Part shown: piece by piece, positions 1 through 14,363 of the stretch
How the letters are laid out: each line of letters starts with the position of its first letter
How positions within the stretch are numbered: position 1 is the stretch's first letter
Notes under the pieces: generated by a model
Told to the model about the DNA's origin: nothing
The model's input: only the letters and a program-made list of their open reading frames with translations
The model's database searches: none
Assembly (NCBI RefSeq): GCF_009914755.1
Contig: NC_060929.1
Source of the DNA: the human T2T-CHM13v2.0 reference genome, Homo sapiens
Direction: 5' to 3' (one strand)
DNA length: 64,000 nucleotides
Made by a program: the position numbers and the translations under genes

Positions 1-3000
1 CTTTAAACCAACAAGGATCAAAAATGAAAAAAGGGCATTACGTAATGGTAAAGAGTTCAGTTCAACATGAAGAGCTAACTATCCTAAATATATATGTATC
101 CAATACAGGAGCACCCAGATTCATAAAGCAAGTACTTAGAGACCAAAAAAGAGACACAGACTTCCACACAATAATAGTGGGAGATTTTAACACCCCACTG
201 ACAATATTAGACAGATTATTGGGACAGAAAATTAACAAAGATATTCAGGACTGGAACTCAGCACTGGATCAAGCAGACCTGATAGACATTTACAGAACTC
301 TCCACCCAAAAGCAACAGAATATACATTCTTCCTATTGCTACACAGCATTTACTCCAACATTGGTCACATGATTGAAAGTAAAACACTCAGCAAATGCAA
401 AAAACTGAAATTATAGCAAACAGTCTCTCAGACCACAACATCATCAAATTAGAACTCAAGATTAAGAAATTTGCTCAAAACCACACAACTACATGGAAAT
501 TGAACAACCTACTCCTGAATGACTCTTGGGTAAATAATGAAATTAATGCAGAAATCAAGAAGTCATTTGAAACTAATGAGAACAAAGAGACAACGTAGCA
601 GAATCTCTGGGATGCAGCTAAAGCAGTGTTAAGAGGTAAATTTATAGCACTAAATGCCCACATCAAAAAGCTAAGAAGATCTCAAGTTAACAAACCTAAC
701 ATCCCAACTGAAAGAAGTAAAGAAACAAGAGCAAAAAAATCTCAAACCTAGAGGAAGACAAGAAATAAGTAAAATCAGAGTTGAACTGAAGGAGATTGAG
801 ATACAAAATACCACTCAAAAGATCCACGAATCCAGAGTCTGGTTTTTTGAATAAAATAAAATAGACCACTAGCTAAACTTATAAAGAAGAAAAGAGAGAG
901 AAGAATCAATAAACAGAATCAGAAATGATAAGGGTGATATCACCACTGACCCCACAGAAATATAAACAACCATCAGAGAATATTATTAAACATCTCTATG
1001 TGCATAAACAAGAAAATCTAGCAGAAATTGATAAATCCCTGAACACATACACCCTTCCAAGACTGAACAAGGAAGAAATTGAATCCCTGAATTGACCAAT
1101 AACAAGTTCTGAAATTGAGGCAATAATAAATAGCCCATCAACCAAAAAAGCCCAGGACCCAATGGATTCACAGTTGAACTCTAACAGAGCTACAAAGAAG
1201 AACTGGTACCATTTCTATTGAAACTATCACAAAAAATCACAAAGGACAGATTCCTCCCTAACTCATTCTATGAGGCTAGCATCATCCTGATACCAAAATC
1301 TGGCAGAAATGCAACAACAACAAAAAAACTTCAGGTCAGTATACTTGATGAACATTGATGAAAATAATCCTCAATGAAACACTAGCAAACCAAATGCAGC
1401 AGCACATCAAAAGGCTTACCCACTATGATCAAGTTGGCTTCATCCCTGGGTTGCAAGGTTGGTTCAACATATGGAAATCAATAAATGTGGTTAATCACAG
1501 TAACAGAACTAGAGATAAAAACTACATGTTTATCTCAATAGATGCAGAAAAGGCCTTCAATAAAATATAATATCCCTTCATGTTCACTCTCAATAAACTA
1601 GGTATTGTAGAAACATACCTCAAAATTATAAGAGCCATATATTAAAAACCTACAGCCAATATCATACTGAATGGGCGAAAGCTTCAAGCATTCCCCTTGA
1701 AAACCAGCACAAGACAACCATGTCCTCTCTTATCACTCCTATTCAACGTAGTATTAAAACTTCTGGCCAGGGCAATCAGGCAAGAGAAAGAAATAAAGGA
1801 TATTCAAATAGGAAGAGAGGAAGACAAATTATCTTTGTTTGTAGATGACATGTTGACGTGATCCTATAACTAGAAAACTTCATCATCTCAGCCCAAAAGC
1901 TTCTTAAGCTGATAAGTAACTTCAGCGAAGTCTCAGGATACAAAATTAATGGGCAAAAATCACTGGCATTCCTATACACCAACAACAGACAAGCAGAGAG
2001 CCAAATCATCAATGAACTCCCATTCACGATTGCTACAAAAAGAATAAAATACTTAGGAATATGGCTAACAAGAAAAGTGAAAGACCTCTTCAAGTAGAAC
2101 TACAAACCACTGCTCAAAGAAATCAGAGAGGACACAGAGAAACACTTCATGCTCATGGATAGGAAGAATCAATATCATGAAAATGGCCATACTGCCCAAA
2201 GTAATTTCAATGCTATTCCCGTTAAACTACCATTGACATTCTCCACAGAATTATCAAAAACTATTTTAAAATTCATATGAAACCAAAAAAAAAAGAGCCC
2301 AAATAGCCAAACAATTCTAAGCAAAAAGAACAATGCTAGAGGCATTACGCTCCCCAACTTCAAACGGTACTACAGGACTACAGTAACGAAAACAGCATGG
2401 CACTGGTACAAGAACAGACACATAGACCAATGGAACAGAACAGAGAGTTCAGAAATAAAACTGTACATGTACAACCATCTGATCTTCCACAAACCTTACC
2501 AAAAAAAGCAATGGGGAAAGGACTCCTTTTTTAATAAATGGTGCTGGAAGAGCTGGCTAGCCATATACAGAAAATTGAAATGTACCCATTCCTTACACCA
2601 TATACAAAAATTAACCCAAGATAGATTAAAGACTTAAATGTAAAACCCAAAACTATAAAAACCCTAGAAGAAAATCTAGGCAATACCATTCAGGAAATAG
2701 GCATGGGAAAATATTTCATGATGGGAGATGACAAAAACAACTGCAACAAAAGCAAAAATTGACAAATGGGATCTAATTAAACTAAAGAGCTTCTGTACAG
2801 TGAAAGAAACTCCATTATAGTGAATGGACAGCCTACAGAATGGAAGAAAACTTTTGCAGTGTATCCATCTGACAAAGTTCTAGCATCCAGAGTACAAGGA
2901 ACTTAAACAAATTTACAGGAAAAAAAAACAAACAAACAACCCCATAAAAAAGGGTGCAAAAGACATGAACAGACACTTCTTAAAAGAGGATATGCATTTG

Positions 3001-3745
3001 CCAACAAACACCAAAAAAAGAAGCTCAACATCATTGATCCTTAAAGCAATGCAAATCAAAACCACAATGAGGTATCATCTCACACCAGTCAGAATGCCTG
3101 TTACTAAAAAGTCAAAAACAGATGCTGGCATGATGTGGAGAATAAAAAATGCTTTTTGTGGGAGTGAAAATTCATCTAACCATTGAGACAATGAATGTCT
3201 CCTCAAAGACTTAGACCCAGCAATTCCATTACTGGGTATATACCCAAAGGAATATACACCATTCTATTATAAAGATACAGCCATGCATATGTTCATTACA
3301 GCACTATTCACAACAGCAAAGACATGCAATCAACCTAAATGCTCATCAATGATAGACAGAATAAGAAAATATGGTACATATACACCATGGAATACTATGC
3401 AGCCATAAAAGGAATGAGATCATGTCCTTTGCAGGGACATGGCTGGAGTTAGAAGCCATTACCCTCAGCAATCTAACACAGGAACAGAAAACCAAACACC
3501 ACATGTTCTCACTTATAAATGGGAGCTGAATGATGAGAACACATGGACACATAGAGGGGAACAACACACACTGTGGCCTGTCACTGGGAGGAGAAAGAGC
3601 ATCAAGAGTAATAGCAAATGGATGCTGGACTTAGTATCTAGATGATGGGGTGGTCTGTGCAGCAAAGCACCATGGCACACATTTACCTATGTAACAAACC
3701 CCCACATGTACCCCTGAACTAATAATAAAAGTTGAAGGGGAAAAA
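1..3745 (+). mobile_element. LINE-1 (L1PA13-like), ORF2 remnant through 3'UTR; window starts inside the endonuclease domain
   Basis: ORFs 24-416, 395-598 and 1355-1570 translate to L1 ORF2p motifs ([31 protein letters not shown]) with many stops and frameshifts. 3'UTR ends 'cacatgtacccctgaact...aataaaagtt' plus an A-rich tail. Confidence 0.95.
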
Positions 3746-3769
3746 AGAGAGATAAAAACATACTGTCTG

Positions 3770-4600
3770 ATCTCCCCTGCTCTCTGACTTGCTCTTCCCA
3801 TAGCCTTTCTCCCTCTCAGTAAATGGCAACTCCATTCTACTAACTGCTCATACCAAAACCTGGGAATCACCTTTGATTCCTGTCTCCCACTTCATGTTTC
3901 ATTCATCAGCAAGTCCTGTTCACTTTACCTTGAAATATGCGTTGACACAGAACACCTCTACCTTGGTCTCCTAAGTATTTCATTTTCACCACCACCTCCC
4001 CAGGTCTGTTATTAATGACCAGAATAACTCTTTTGGGAAGTAAGACAGATTACATTTCACTTATGGTTCAAAGATTTTCTTCTGGCTCCATATTAAACTT
4101 TGTTAAACCTAAGCCCTCACATGGCCTAACAGAGCTTGCTTGATCTGAATTGACCCCCACCTCTCTGACTTCTACTACTACTTTCCCCCATTCTTTCTGC
4201 TTCAGCTGTACCAGCCTCTTTTCTATTCCTGCAACATACCCGCTGCACACTCAACTAAGGGCCTTTGCCCAGAACACTGTTTCAGGGGTTGCTTTCTTAC
4301 TCTCTTCAAGTGTCTCATCAAATAGTGAGTGAGAATTTCCTTGACCTTGACACTCCTCCTTCCCTTGACACTCCAAACCTCTTTATTCTGTCTTATCTCA
4401 CTTCATAGCTTTTAGTGCCACATGACATACATTTACTTGTTTATTTATTTATACTTTCTGATTTCTTCCCTAAATTGACCCCCATAGAATGTAAGATCCA
4501 TGGTGGCAGGTGCTTTATCTTTGTTTTCTGATGATCCTTATGGCTAGGACAGCACCTACTGCATAGTAAGAGCTCAATAAACATGGTAAAATGAACAAAA
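3770..4600 (+). mobile_element. L2 3' fragment
   Basis: 'ctcagtaaatggcaactccatt...aaaacctgggaatcacctttgattcc' and terminal 'gcatagtaagagctcaataaa...aatgaac' resemble the L2 3' end. Confidence 0.75.
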
Positions 4601-4699
4601 GCCTTCAGCACATCATTAATGAACATCTATTCTGGATGACTAGTGGCTGGAATAGATAGAGTAGTGAAGGAGGCCAACATGGGCCATGTCTGATATAGC

Positions 4700-5260
4700 T
4701 TGCATTTTAGGGGAAGAAAAATCTACTGAATGTATTATCATTTATTTATTTTTAAATTTATGTCAGATAATCTCAGATAATGATAAAGGATGATGAAATA
4801 AAAAAGGGCTAAAGATACAGATGAAAGACTACTTTTAATAGGGCAGTCAGAAAAGACCTCTCAGGGGAAATAATTTAAGCTGAGACCTGAATGATAAGAA
4901 TCAGGCAGCCAGGAATGGAAAAGAATTCCAGGCAGAGAAAACAGCAATGCAAAGGCCTTGAGACAGTGACACAGGTTGGTGTGTTGCAAGAACAAACAGA
5001 ACCTCAGTGTGGATGGCAGGAAAAGCAGGGCAGGACCTGCTCACAGAGGTCCTAACAAACACCACATTTTATTTTAAATCTATGTGAAGCTATTGTAGGG
5101 ATTTAAGCAGGAGGGTGATGGAGTCCAATTTACATTTTTAAGAGATTACTTGCACTTCTCCATGGAGAATAGACTTCTTGTGAGGCAAGAGTAGAACCAG
5201 TTAGAAGGTTGTCTTGCAGTTGTCTAGGGAGAGATGACTGTGCCTTAAAACAGAGAGAGT
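4700..5260 (-). mobile_element. L2 fragment, tail-to-tail with the previous L2
   Basis: 'atttaagctgagacctgaatga...attccaggcagagaaaacagcaatgcaaaggccttgag' is typical antisense L2. Confidence 0.7.
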
Positions 5261-5584
5261 GATAAACTGTCAAGAAGCTAAAAATAAAAGCTTTTTAAGA
5301 AAATATTTATTTTCCTATTTTTGGGAAATAAAGGTGAAGTGAGGCCACATGTCTATAGTCCAATCAGAAACATAGAGTGTAGAGATGAAAAGAAACCTTA
5401 GAATAATTTTTTGGATTTTCTCACCTCATATAGAAAGTCCCTCTGCTACATCTTTGACATATGGCCATTGAACCCTGCTGAAAATCCTCAGTCTTGAACA
5501 ACTGACCACACTCCACCTCCTCTACCACTATGAGAAAGGAGGCTTATTGACAGGGATATGAGTTTCCATACATGAAAAGAATAT

Positions 5585-5710
5585 GGGCATTATTATCCCA
5601 GTTTATAAAATAAGGAAACCCCTGCAGAAGTTAAAATGGTTCTCAAGACAGTATTGTAAATGAGTAGCAGAGGAAGGACTAGAACTAGTTCTTTGAATTC
5701 CCAGTCCAAT
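5585..5710 (-). mobile_element. MIR fragment
   Basis: 'attattatcccagttt...aggaaac...gaagttaaa...aggactagaact' resembles the antisense MIR core. Confidence 0.55.
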
Positions 5711-6778
5711 AGTAGGCAAAGGCTAGTGATAATCCATCTCTTGAATTAATTTTTCCTAATAACTAAGGGCATTCCTGCCTAATAAAATGTATTTTATAAA
5801 ATTACTCTGCACACTCCACTCCTGCTGAGCTTCAAATCTTCTCTTCTCAGGAAAATCCAATGCAGATGAACCTGAAAGTGACAAGCAGGAGGTCACTGGC
5901 AGGTGTCCCTTTCTTCTGACCATATATGCCATTTGGGACTCAGCAGTCTGGTATGCCTAGTCCACCAAGAACTACTGGAAGAGGGAAAAACAATCAAAGT
6001 TGAACTGATAGAACTTTGTACACTCCCCTGAAAGAAGGGTGGCAGCCCAAGGTTGGATGTCTGAGGAATCTCTAAAAAGCAAATGAGGCTGAGAGACCTG
6101 CATGCAGTAAATTCACTCAACAAGGAAGTACAAACATTTTGGTAGAAATGATGCCTGCTAATAATCAGCACTACAAACTTCACAATGACTTATAAAAGCT
6201 AAGAAACTTTTTAAAGAGGAATGTTGTAAAACTGGAAAGAGCCTGCTATTTAAAGTCTGGAGATCCAGATTCTTTTCCAGGCTTGAATTCTACTAGGCTT
6301 CTGTTGGAGCAGGGAGGGGTGAATGTGCAGGGGTTGGTATTGTGGGGCGGGGGGCAGTTCAGATTAATGGTTTACTCCCTGGGGTTTCTGGAAGAATTCT
6401 CTAAAGATGGCTTTACCACTGACTTCTCTCTTTTAAACAGTTAAGTAAAAACCACATATTTATCTGCAATTTATATGACTAAAAGGGTAAATATACATCA
6501 GCAATTCTGATGGAAATTGTATATGTTTTTAGTTAAATGGAAAAAAATAATTATTTCTTAATAAAACAAGAAGAAATCTTTCTAAAAGATATCAGACTGA
6601 ATTAGGATTGCCTTCGCAAACAAAGCAAAGGGAAAAATAAAAATGTTTATGCTTAACCACATTCAAACATCAATGACTGGAGCAGCCTTTTTGGGGCAAT
6701 GTAGTAGAGAGTGACATTGGTTTCCATTGTCACCTATTTGTGGTAAATCTGCGATGTGAAAATTTAGGCCCTGGCTGG

Positions 6779-6788
6779 CAAGATGGCC
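6779..6788 (+). promoter_or_regulatory. YY1 motif of the L1 internal promoter
   Basis: caagatggcc at the L1 5' end matches the known L1 YY1 site. Confidence 0.7.
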
Positions 6789-8139
6789 GAATAGGAACAG
6801 CTCCAGTCTGCAAATCCCAGCGAGATCAACATAAAAGGCAGGTGATTTCTGCATTTCCAGCTGAGGTACCCAGTTCATCTCACTGGGACTGGTTGGACAG
6901 TGGGTGCAGCCCAGAGAAAGTGAGCCAAAGCAGGGTGGGGCACAATCTCACCCAGGAAGCCCAAGGGGTTGAGGGATTGCCCTCCCCTAGCCAAAGGAAG
7001 CCGTGAGAGACTGTGTACCACTGTACTGGGAAGAATAGTGCACTCCAGCCCAGATACTGCACTTTTTCTGTGGTCTTTGCAACCAGCAGACCAGGAGATT
7101 CCCTCTGGTGCCTATGCCACCAGGGCCCTGGATTTCAAGCACAAAACTGGGTGGCCATTTGGGCAGACACCAAACTAGCTGCAGGAGTTTTCTTTTTTCT
7201 TTTTTTTCCCCTTACCCCAGTGGCACCTGGAATGCCAGCAAGACAGAACCATTCACTGCCATAGAAAGGGGGCTGAAGCCAGGGAGCCAAGTGGTCTGGC
7301 TTGGTAGGTCCCACCCCCATGGAACCCAGCAAGCTAAGATCACTGGCTTGAAATTCTCACTGCCAGCACAGTAGTCTGAGCTCAACCTGGGATGCTCAAG
7401 CTTGGTGAGGGGAGGGGCATCTGCCATTGCTGAGGATTGACTAGGCAGTTTACCCATCACAGTGTAAACAAAGCCCCCAGGAAGTCTGAACTGGGTGAAG
7501 CCCACTGCAGCTCAACAAGGCCACTGCAGCCAGACTGCGTTTCTAGAGTTCTCCTCTCTGGGCAGGGCATCTATGAAAAAAAGGCAGCAACCCCAGTAAG
7601 GGACTTATAGATAAAACTCCCATCTCCCTGGGACAGAGCACCTGGGGGAAGGGGTGGCTGTGGGCGCAGCATCAGCAGACTTAAGCATCCCTGCCTGACA
7701 CTCTGAAAACAGCAGTGGATCTCCCAGCACAGTGTTCAAGCTCTGATAAGGGAGAGACTGCCTCCTCAAGTGGCTCCCTGACCCATATGTGTCCTGACTG
7801 GGAGACACCTCCCAGTAGGGGCTGACAGACACTTCAAATGTGCCTGTCAGCTCTGGCTGGGATCTGGCAGGTGCCCCTCTGGGACAAAGCTTCCAGGGGA
7901 AGGAACAGACAGCAATCTTGGCTGTTCTGCAGCCTCTGCTGGTGATACTCAGGCAAACAGCGTCTGGAGTGGACCTCCAGCAAACCCCAGAAGACCTGCA
8001 GCAGAGGGGCCTCACTGTTAGAAACAAAACTAACAAACAGAAAGGAATAGTGTCAACATCAACAAAAAGGACATCCACTCAGAGACCCCATCCGAAGGTC
8101 ATCAACAGCAAAGAACAAAGATAGATAAATCCACAGAGA

Positions 8140-9162
8140 TGGGGAGAAGCCAGCAAAAAAATTTGAAAATTACAAAAACCGGAATGCCTCTTCTCCTCCA
8201 AAGGATCGCAACTCCTCACCAGCAAGAGAACAAAACTGGACAGAGAATGAGTTTGACGAATTGACAGAAGTAGGCTTCAGAAGGTGGATAATAACAAACT
8301 CCTCCAATCTAAAGGAGCATGTTCTAACCCAATCCAAGGAAGCTAAGAGCCTTGAAAAAAGGTTAGATGAATTGCCAATGGGAATAACCAGTTTCAAGAA
8401 GAAAATAAATGACCTGATGGAGCTGACAAACACAGCACGAGAACTTCAAGAAGCATACACAAGTATCAATAGCCATATCAATCCAGTGGAAGAAAGGATA
8501 TCAGAGACTGAAGATCAACTCAGTGAAATAAAGCAAGAAGACAAGATTAGAGAAAAAAGGTGAAAAGAACAAACAAAGCCTCCAAGAAACATGGGACTAC
8601 GTGAAAAAAAAAAACAAATTTACATTTGATTGGTGTACCTGAAAGTGATAGGGAGAATGGAACCAAGTTAGAAAACACTCTTCAGGATATTATCCAGGAG
8701 AACTTCCCCAACCTAGCAAGGCAGACCAACATTCAAATTCAGAAAATACAGAGAATACCACAAAGATACTCCTCAAGAAGAGCAACCCCAATACACATAA
8801 TTGTCAGATTCACCAAGGTTGAAATTAAGAAAAAAATATTAAGGGCAGCCAGACAGAAAGGTCAGGTTACCCACCAAGGGAAACCCATCAGACTAACAGC
8901 AGATCTCTCAGCAGAAACCCTACAAGCCAGAAGAGAGTGGGGGCCAATATTTGACATACTTCAAGAAAAGAATTTTCAACCCAGAATTTCATATCCAGTG
9001 AAACTAAGTTTCATAAGCAAAAGAGAAATAAAATCCTTTACAGACAAGCAAATACTGAGAGATTTTGCCACTACAAGGGCTGCCTTACAAGAGCTCCTAA
9101 ACAGAGCACAAAACATGGAAAGGAACAACAGGTACCAGGCACTGCAAAAACATACCAAATAG
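8140..9162 (+). pseudogene. Disrupted L1 ORF1 (RNA-binding protein)
   Basis: Segments translate to ORF1p (IGVPESD, QENFPNLARQ, GKPIRLTADLS); broken by frameshifts and stops. Confidence 0.9.
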
Positions 9163-12100
9163 TAAAGACAATCAACACTATGAAGAAATTGCATCAACTA
9201 ATGAGCAAAATAACCAGCTACCATCAGAATGACAGGATCAATTTCACACATAACAAAATTAACCTTAAATGTAAATGGGCTAAATGCCCCAATTAAAAGA
9301 CACAGACTGGCAACTTGGATAAAGAGTCAAGACCCATTGGTGTGCTGTATTCAGGACACCCATCTCATGTGCAAAGACACACACAGGCTCAAAATAAAGG
9401 GATGGAGGAAGATTTACCAAACAAATGGAAAGCAAAAAAAGGAGGGGTTGCAATCCTAGTCTCCGATAAAACAGAGTTTAAGCCAACAAAGGTCAAAAGA
9501 GACAAAGAAGGCCATTAAATAATGGTAAAGGGATCACAGCAACAAGAGAGTTAACTATCCTAAATATATATGCACCCAATAAAGGAGCACCCAGATTCAT
9601 AAAGCAAGATCTTAGGGACCAACAAAGAGACTTAGACTCCCACACAATAATGGTGGGAGACTTAAACACCCCACTGTACCCACTGTCAATATTAAACAGA
9701 TCAATGAGACAGAAAATTAACAAAGATATCCAGGACTTGAACTCAGCTCTGGACCAAGTGGACCTATTAGACATATACAGAACTCTCCACCCCCCAAAAA
9801 ACAGAATATACATTCTTCCCAGCACCACATTGCACTTTTCCTAAAATTGACCACATAATTGAAAGTAAAACACTCCTCAGCAAATGCAAAAGAATGGAAA
9901 TCATAAAAAACAGTCTCTCTGACCACAGTGCAAACAAATTAAAATTCAGGACTAAGAAACTCACTCAAAACCACACAACTACATGGAAACTGAACAACCT
10001 GCTCCTGAATGACTACTGGGTAAATAGTGAAATTAAGGCAGAAATAAAAATGTTCTTTGAAACCAATGAGAACAAACAACATACCAGAATCTCCGGGACA
10101 CATTTAAAGCAGCGTGTAGAGGAAAATTTATAGCACTAAATGCCCACAAGAGAAAGCAGAAAATATCTAAAATCAACACCCTAACATCACAATTAAAAGA
10201 ACTAGAGAAGCAAGAGCAAACGAACTCAAAAGCAAGCAAAAGGCAAGGAATAACTAAGATCAGAGCAGAACTGAAGGAGATAGAGACCCAAAAAACCCTT
10301 CAAAAAATCAATGAATTCAGGAACTCGTTTTTTGAAAAGACCAACAAAATAGATAGATGCTAGCCAGACTAATAAAGAAAAAAAGAGAGAAGAATCAAAT
10401 AGACACAATAACAAACAATAAAGAGGATATCAACACTGATCCCACAGAAATACAAACTACCGTAAGAATATATAAACATCTCTACACAAATAAACTAGAA
10501 AATCTAGAAAAATGGATAAATTCCTGGACATACACAGCCTCCCAACTCTAAACAAGGAAGAAGCTGAATCTCTGAATAGACCAATAAAAAGTTCTCAAAT
10601 CGAGGCAGCAATTAATAGCCTACCAACCAAAAAAAGTCCAGGAACAGATGGATTCACAGCCAAATTCTACCAGAGGTACTAAGAGGAACTGGTACCATTC
10701 CTTCTGAAACTACTCCAAATGACAAAAACAGAGGGAATCCTCCCTAACTCATTTTATGAGGCCAGCATCATCCTGATAGCAAAATCTGGCAGAAACACAC
10801 ACACACACAAATTTCATGCCAATATCCCTGATGAACATCGATGTGAAAATCCTCAATAAAATGCTGGCAAACTGAATCCAGCCGCACATCAAAAAGCTTA
10901 TCCACCATAATCAAATGGGCTTCATCCCTGGGATGCAAGGATGGTTCAAATATGCAAGTCAATAAACATAATCCATCACATAAACAGAACCATGACAAAA
11001 ACCATATAATTATCTCAATAGATGCAGAAAAGGCCTTCAACAAAATTCAACAGCCCTTCATTCTAAAAACTCTCAATAAACTAGGTATTGATGGAACATA
11101 TATCAAAACAATAAAAGCTATCTATGACAAACACACAGCCAATATCATACTGAATGGGCAAAAACTGGAAGCATCCCCTTTGAAAATGGGCAAAAGTCAA
11201 GGATGCCCTCTCTTACCACTCCTATTCAACATAGTGTTGGAAGTTCTGGCCAGGGCAATCAGGAAAGAGAAAGAAATAAAGGTATTCAAATAGGAAAAGA
11301 GGAAGTCAAATTGTCTCTGTTGACAGATGACACGATTGTATATTTAGAAAACACCACTGTCTCAGTCCAAAATCTCCTTAAGCTGATAAGCAACTTCAGC
11401 AAAATCTCAGGATACAAAGTCAATGTGCAAATATCACAAGCATTCCAATACACCAATAACAGACAAACAGAGAGCCAAATCAGGAGTGAACTCCCATTCA
11501 CAATTGCTACTAACAGAATAAAATAACTAGGAATACAACTTACAAGGGATGCGAAAGACCTCTTCAAGGAGAACTACAAACCACTGCTCAAGGAAATAAG
11601 AGAGGACACAAACAAATGGAAGAATATTCCATGCTCATGGATGGGAAGAATCAGTATCGTGAAAATGGCCATACTGACCAAAGGAATTTATAGATTCAAT
11701 GCTATCCCCATCAAGCTACCACTGACTTTCTTCACAGAATGGGAAAAAACAACTTAAAATTTCATATGGAACCAAAAAAGAGCCCACATAGCCAAGACAA
11801 TCTCAGCAAAAAGAACAAAGCTGGAGGCATCATGCTACCTGACTTCAAACTATACTACAAGGGTACTGTAACCAAAACAGCATGGTACAGGTACCAAAAC
11901 ACATATATAGACCAAACAGAGGAACAAAACAGAGGCCCAGAAATAACACCACACATCTAGAACCATCTGATCTTTGACAAACCTGACACAAACAAGCAAC
12001 GGGGAAAGGATTCCCTACTTAATAGTGTTGGGAAAACTGGCTAGCCATATGCATAAAGCTGAAACTGGATCCCTTCCTTACACCTTATACAAAAATTAAC

Positions 12101-13699
12101 TCAAGATGGATTAAAGACTTAAACATAAGACCTAAAACCATAAAAACCCTAGAAGAAAACCTAGGCAATACCATTCAGGACATAGGCGTGGGCAAAGACT
12201 TCATGATCAAAACACCAAAAACAACGGGAACAAAAGCCAAAATTGACAAATGGGATCTAATTAAACTAAACAGCTTCTGCACAGCAAAAGAAACTATCAT
12301 CAGAGTGAAAAGGAAACCTACAGAATGGGAGAAAATTTTTGCAATCTACCCGTCTGATAAAGGGCTAATATCCAGAATCTACAAAGAACTTAAACAGATT
12401 TACAAGAAGAAAACAAACAACCCCATCAAAAAGTTGGTGAAGGATACGAACAGACACTTCTCAAAAGAAGACATTTATGTGGCCAACAAGCATATGAAAA
12501 AAAAATCACTGGTCATTAGAGAAATTTGCATTAGAGAAATGCAAATCAAAATCACATTGAGATACCATCTCATGCCAGTTAGAACAGCAATCATTAAAAA
12601 GTCAGGAAGCAACAGATGCTGAAGAGGATGTGGAGAAATAGGAACACTTTTACACTATTGGTGGGAGTCTAAATTAGTTCAACCATTGTGGAAGACAGTG
12701 TGGCAATTCCTCAAGAATCTAAAACTAGAAATATCATTTGACCCAGCAATCCCATTACTGGGTAAATAACCAAAGGATTATAAATCACTCTACTCTAAAG
12801 ACTCATGCACACGTATGTTTATTGCAGGACTTTTCACAATAGTAAAGACTTGGAACCAACCCAAATGCCCATCAATGATAGACTGGATTAAGAAAATGTG
12901 GCACATATATACCATGGAATACTATGCAGCCATAAAAAAGGATGACTTCATGTCCTTTGCAGAAACATGGATGAAGCTGGAAACCACCATTCTCAGCAAA
13001 CCAACACAAGAACAGAAAACCAAATACCACGTGTTCTCACTCAGAAGTGGGGGCTGAACAATGAGAACATATGGACACAAGGAGGGGAATATCACACACA
13101 CTGGGGCCTGTATGGGGGTGGGGGGCTAGGGGAGGGATAGCATTAGGAGAAATACCTAATGTAGATGACGGCTTTATGGGTGCATTAAACCACCATGGCA
13201 TGTGTACACCTATATAATAAACCTGCACGTTCTGCGCATGTACTCCAGAAGTTTAATTTAAAAAAAAATGTGATGTGTAATTTTAAAAGGGTAGCACTCA
13301 CTCATGTGACTCTTTGTCTGTCAAAACCTACTGTTTGCCTGGCATTGCTCAAGATGAAAGAAATACAGTGGTGGAGAGCTAGGAAACAATTTTCTTTTAA
13401 AGTTTGGCAGTAGAGATTAAGAGAAATTACAGAAAGAATCCTTAATGGTAAATAGGCTAGAAACCACAGGGTTGATAATCTTCCTGTTTCCTATCAGCTT
13501 TAACAGTCTAGGGGCTCTATACCATTAAAAATTTCAGAGAAGGATTCATATGAGGTGACATAAAAAGATCAAACCCTTTTGCATCCAGGATGTGCCCCAG
13601 CTCCTCTATGTTTCAGGTATAACCAACCCCATCACAGAGGCGATCTTCTGGGTTAGAGTCACTTTCAAGTGGTTTACTGTAGATAAGATGTGACCGAGA

Positions 13700-13862
13700 A
13701 GGAAGAGCAGGGGACTGGGAGTCAGGAAGACTATGCTTTGGGTCTGGGCTGCTCATCAAAAACTGAACCATTTTGAGTTGCAGTTTCCTGACCTATAAAA
13801 GGGGAAGGATTAGACTAAATGATTTTTAAGTCCCCTTTTAACTCCTAAACCTTGTAATTCTA
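13700..13862 (+). mobile_element. MIR (MIR3/MIRc-like)
   Basis: 'ggactgggagtcaggaagac...cagtttcctgacctataaaa...gattagactaaatgat...aagtcccctt'. Confidence 0.65.
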
Positions 13863-13932
13863 GAGATCCCAACAAAGTCATTTGGTCTTATCCTGGGTTT
13901 TCTAAAAAACAGAGACTATGGAAAAAGCAACT

Positions 13933-13985
13933 CTATCAGTCAGGGTTCTCTAGAGAAATAGAACCAATGGGAGGGAGGGAGACAT

Positions 13986-14039
<54 letters not shown>

Positions 14040-14363
14040 GAATGATAGACATAGAGATATATACTGGCTCACATGATTGTGGGAGCTATAAAGCCTAAAA
14101 TTCATAGCCTAGGAGGGAGGCCTGGAAATTTAGACTTAAAAAATTCCTTCTTCTCCAGAAAACCTCTTTTTACTCTGTAGGCCTTCAACTGATTAGAAAA
14201 GATCTACCTAATTATCCAGAGTAATCTCCTTTACTTAAAGTCAAGTGATTGTAAATGTTAATTACATCTACAAAATATCCTCCTAGGAACATCTAAACTA
14301 GTGTTTGACCAAGCAGCTAACCACGATAGCCTAACCAAGTTGGCACATAAAATTATCCATCAC
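13933..14363 (-). mobile_element. MaLR LTR (MLT1D/E-like)
   Basis: Starts 'tcagtcagggttctctagagaaatagaaccaat' and ends 'aagttggcacataaaattatccatcaca'. Confidence 0.8.
13987..14038 (+). repeat. (TAGA)13 tetranucleotide STR
   Basis: Perfect TAGA run counted directly. Confidence 0.98.

Larger units (their letters stand above)
6766..13268 (+). mobile_element. Full-length, inactivated LINE-1 (L1PA7/L1PA8-like)
   Basis: 5' end 'gctggcaagatggccgaataggaacagctcc', ~1.4-kb 5'UTR, fragmented ORF1 (8261-8563, 8626-9162) and ORF2 (from 9229), 3'UTR and poly(A). Degenerate TSD tgcgatgtgaaaattt (6750-6765) / tgtgatgtgtaatttt (13269-13284). Confidence 0.95.

Noticed and set aside
5851-6183. Candidate exon or 96-aa ORF in unique DNA
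   Set aside because: No convincing donor site and no recognisable protein.
6711-6733. Imperfect hairpin gtgacattgg...ccattgtcac
   Set aside because: Short and mismatched; compatible with chance.
7605-8124. 157-aa antisense ORF as L1 ORF0 or a novel gene
   Set aside because: It lies in the distal 5'UTR of an older subfamily, and I see no resemblance to ORF0.
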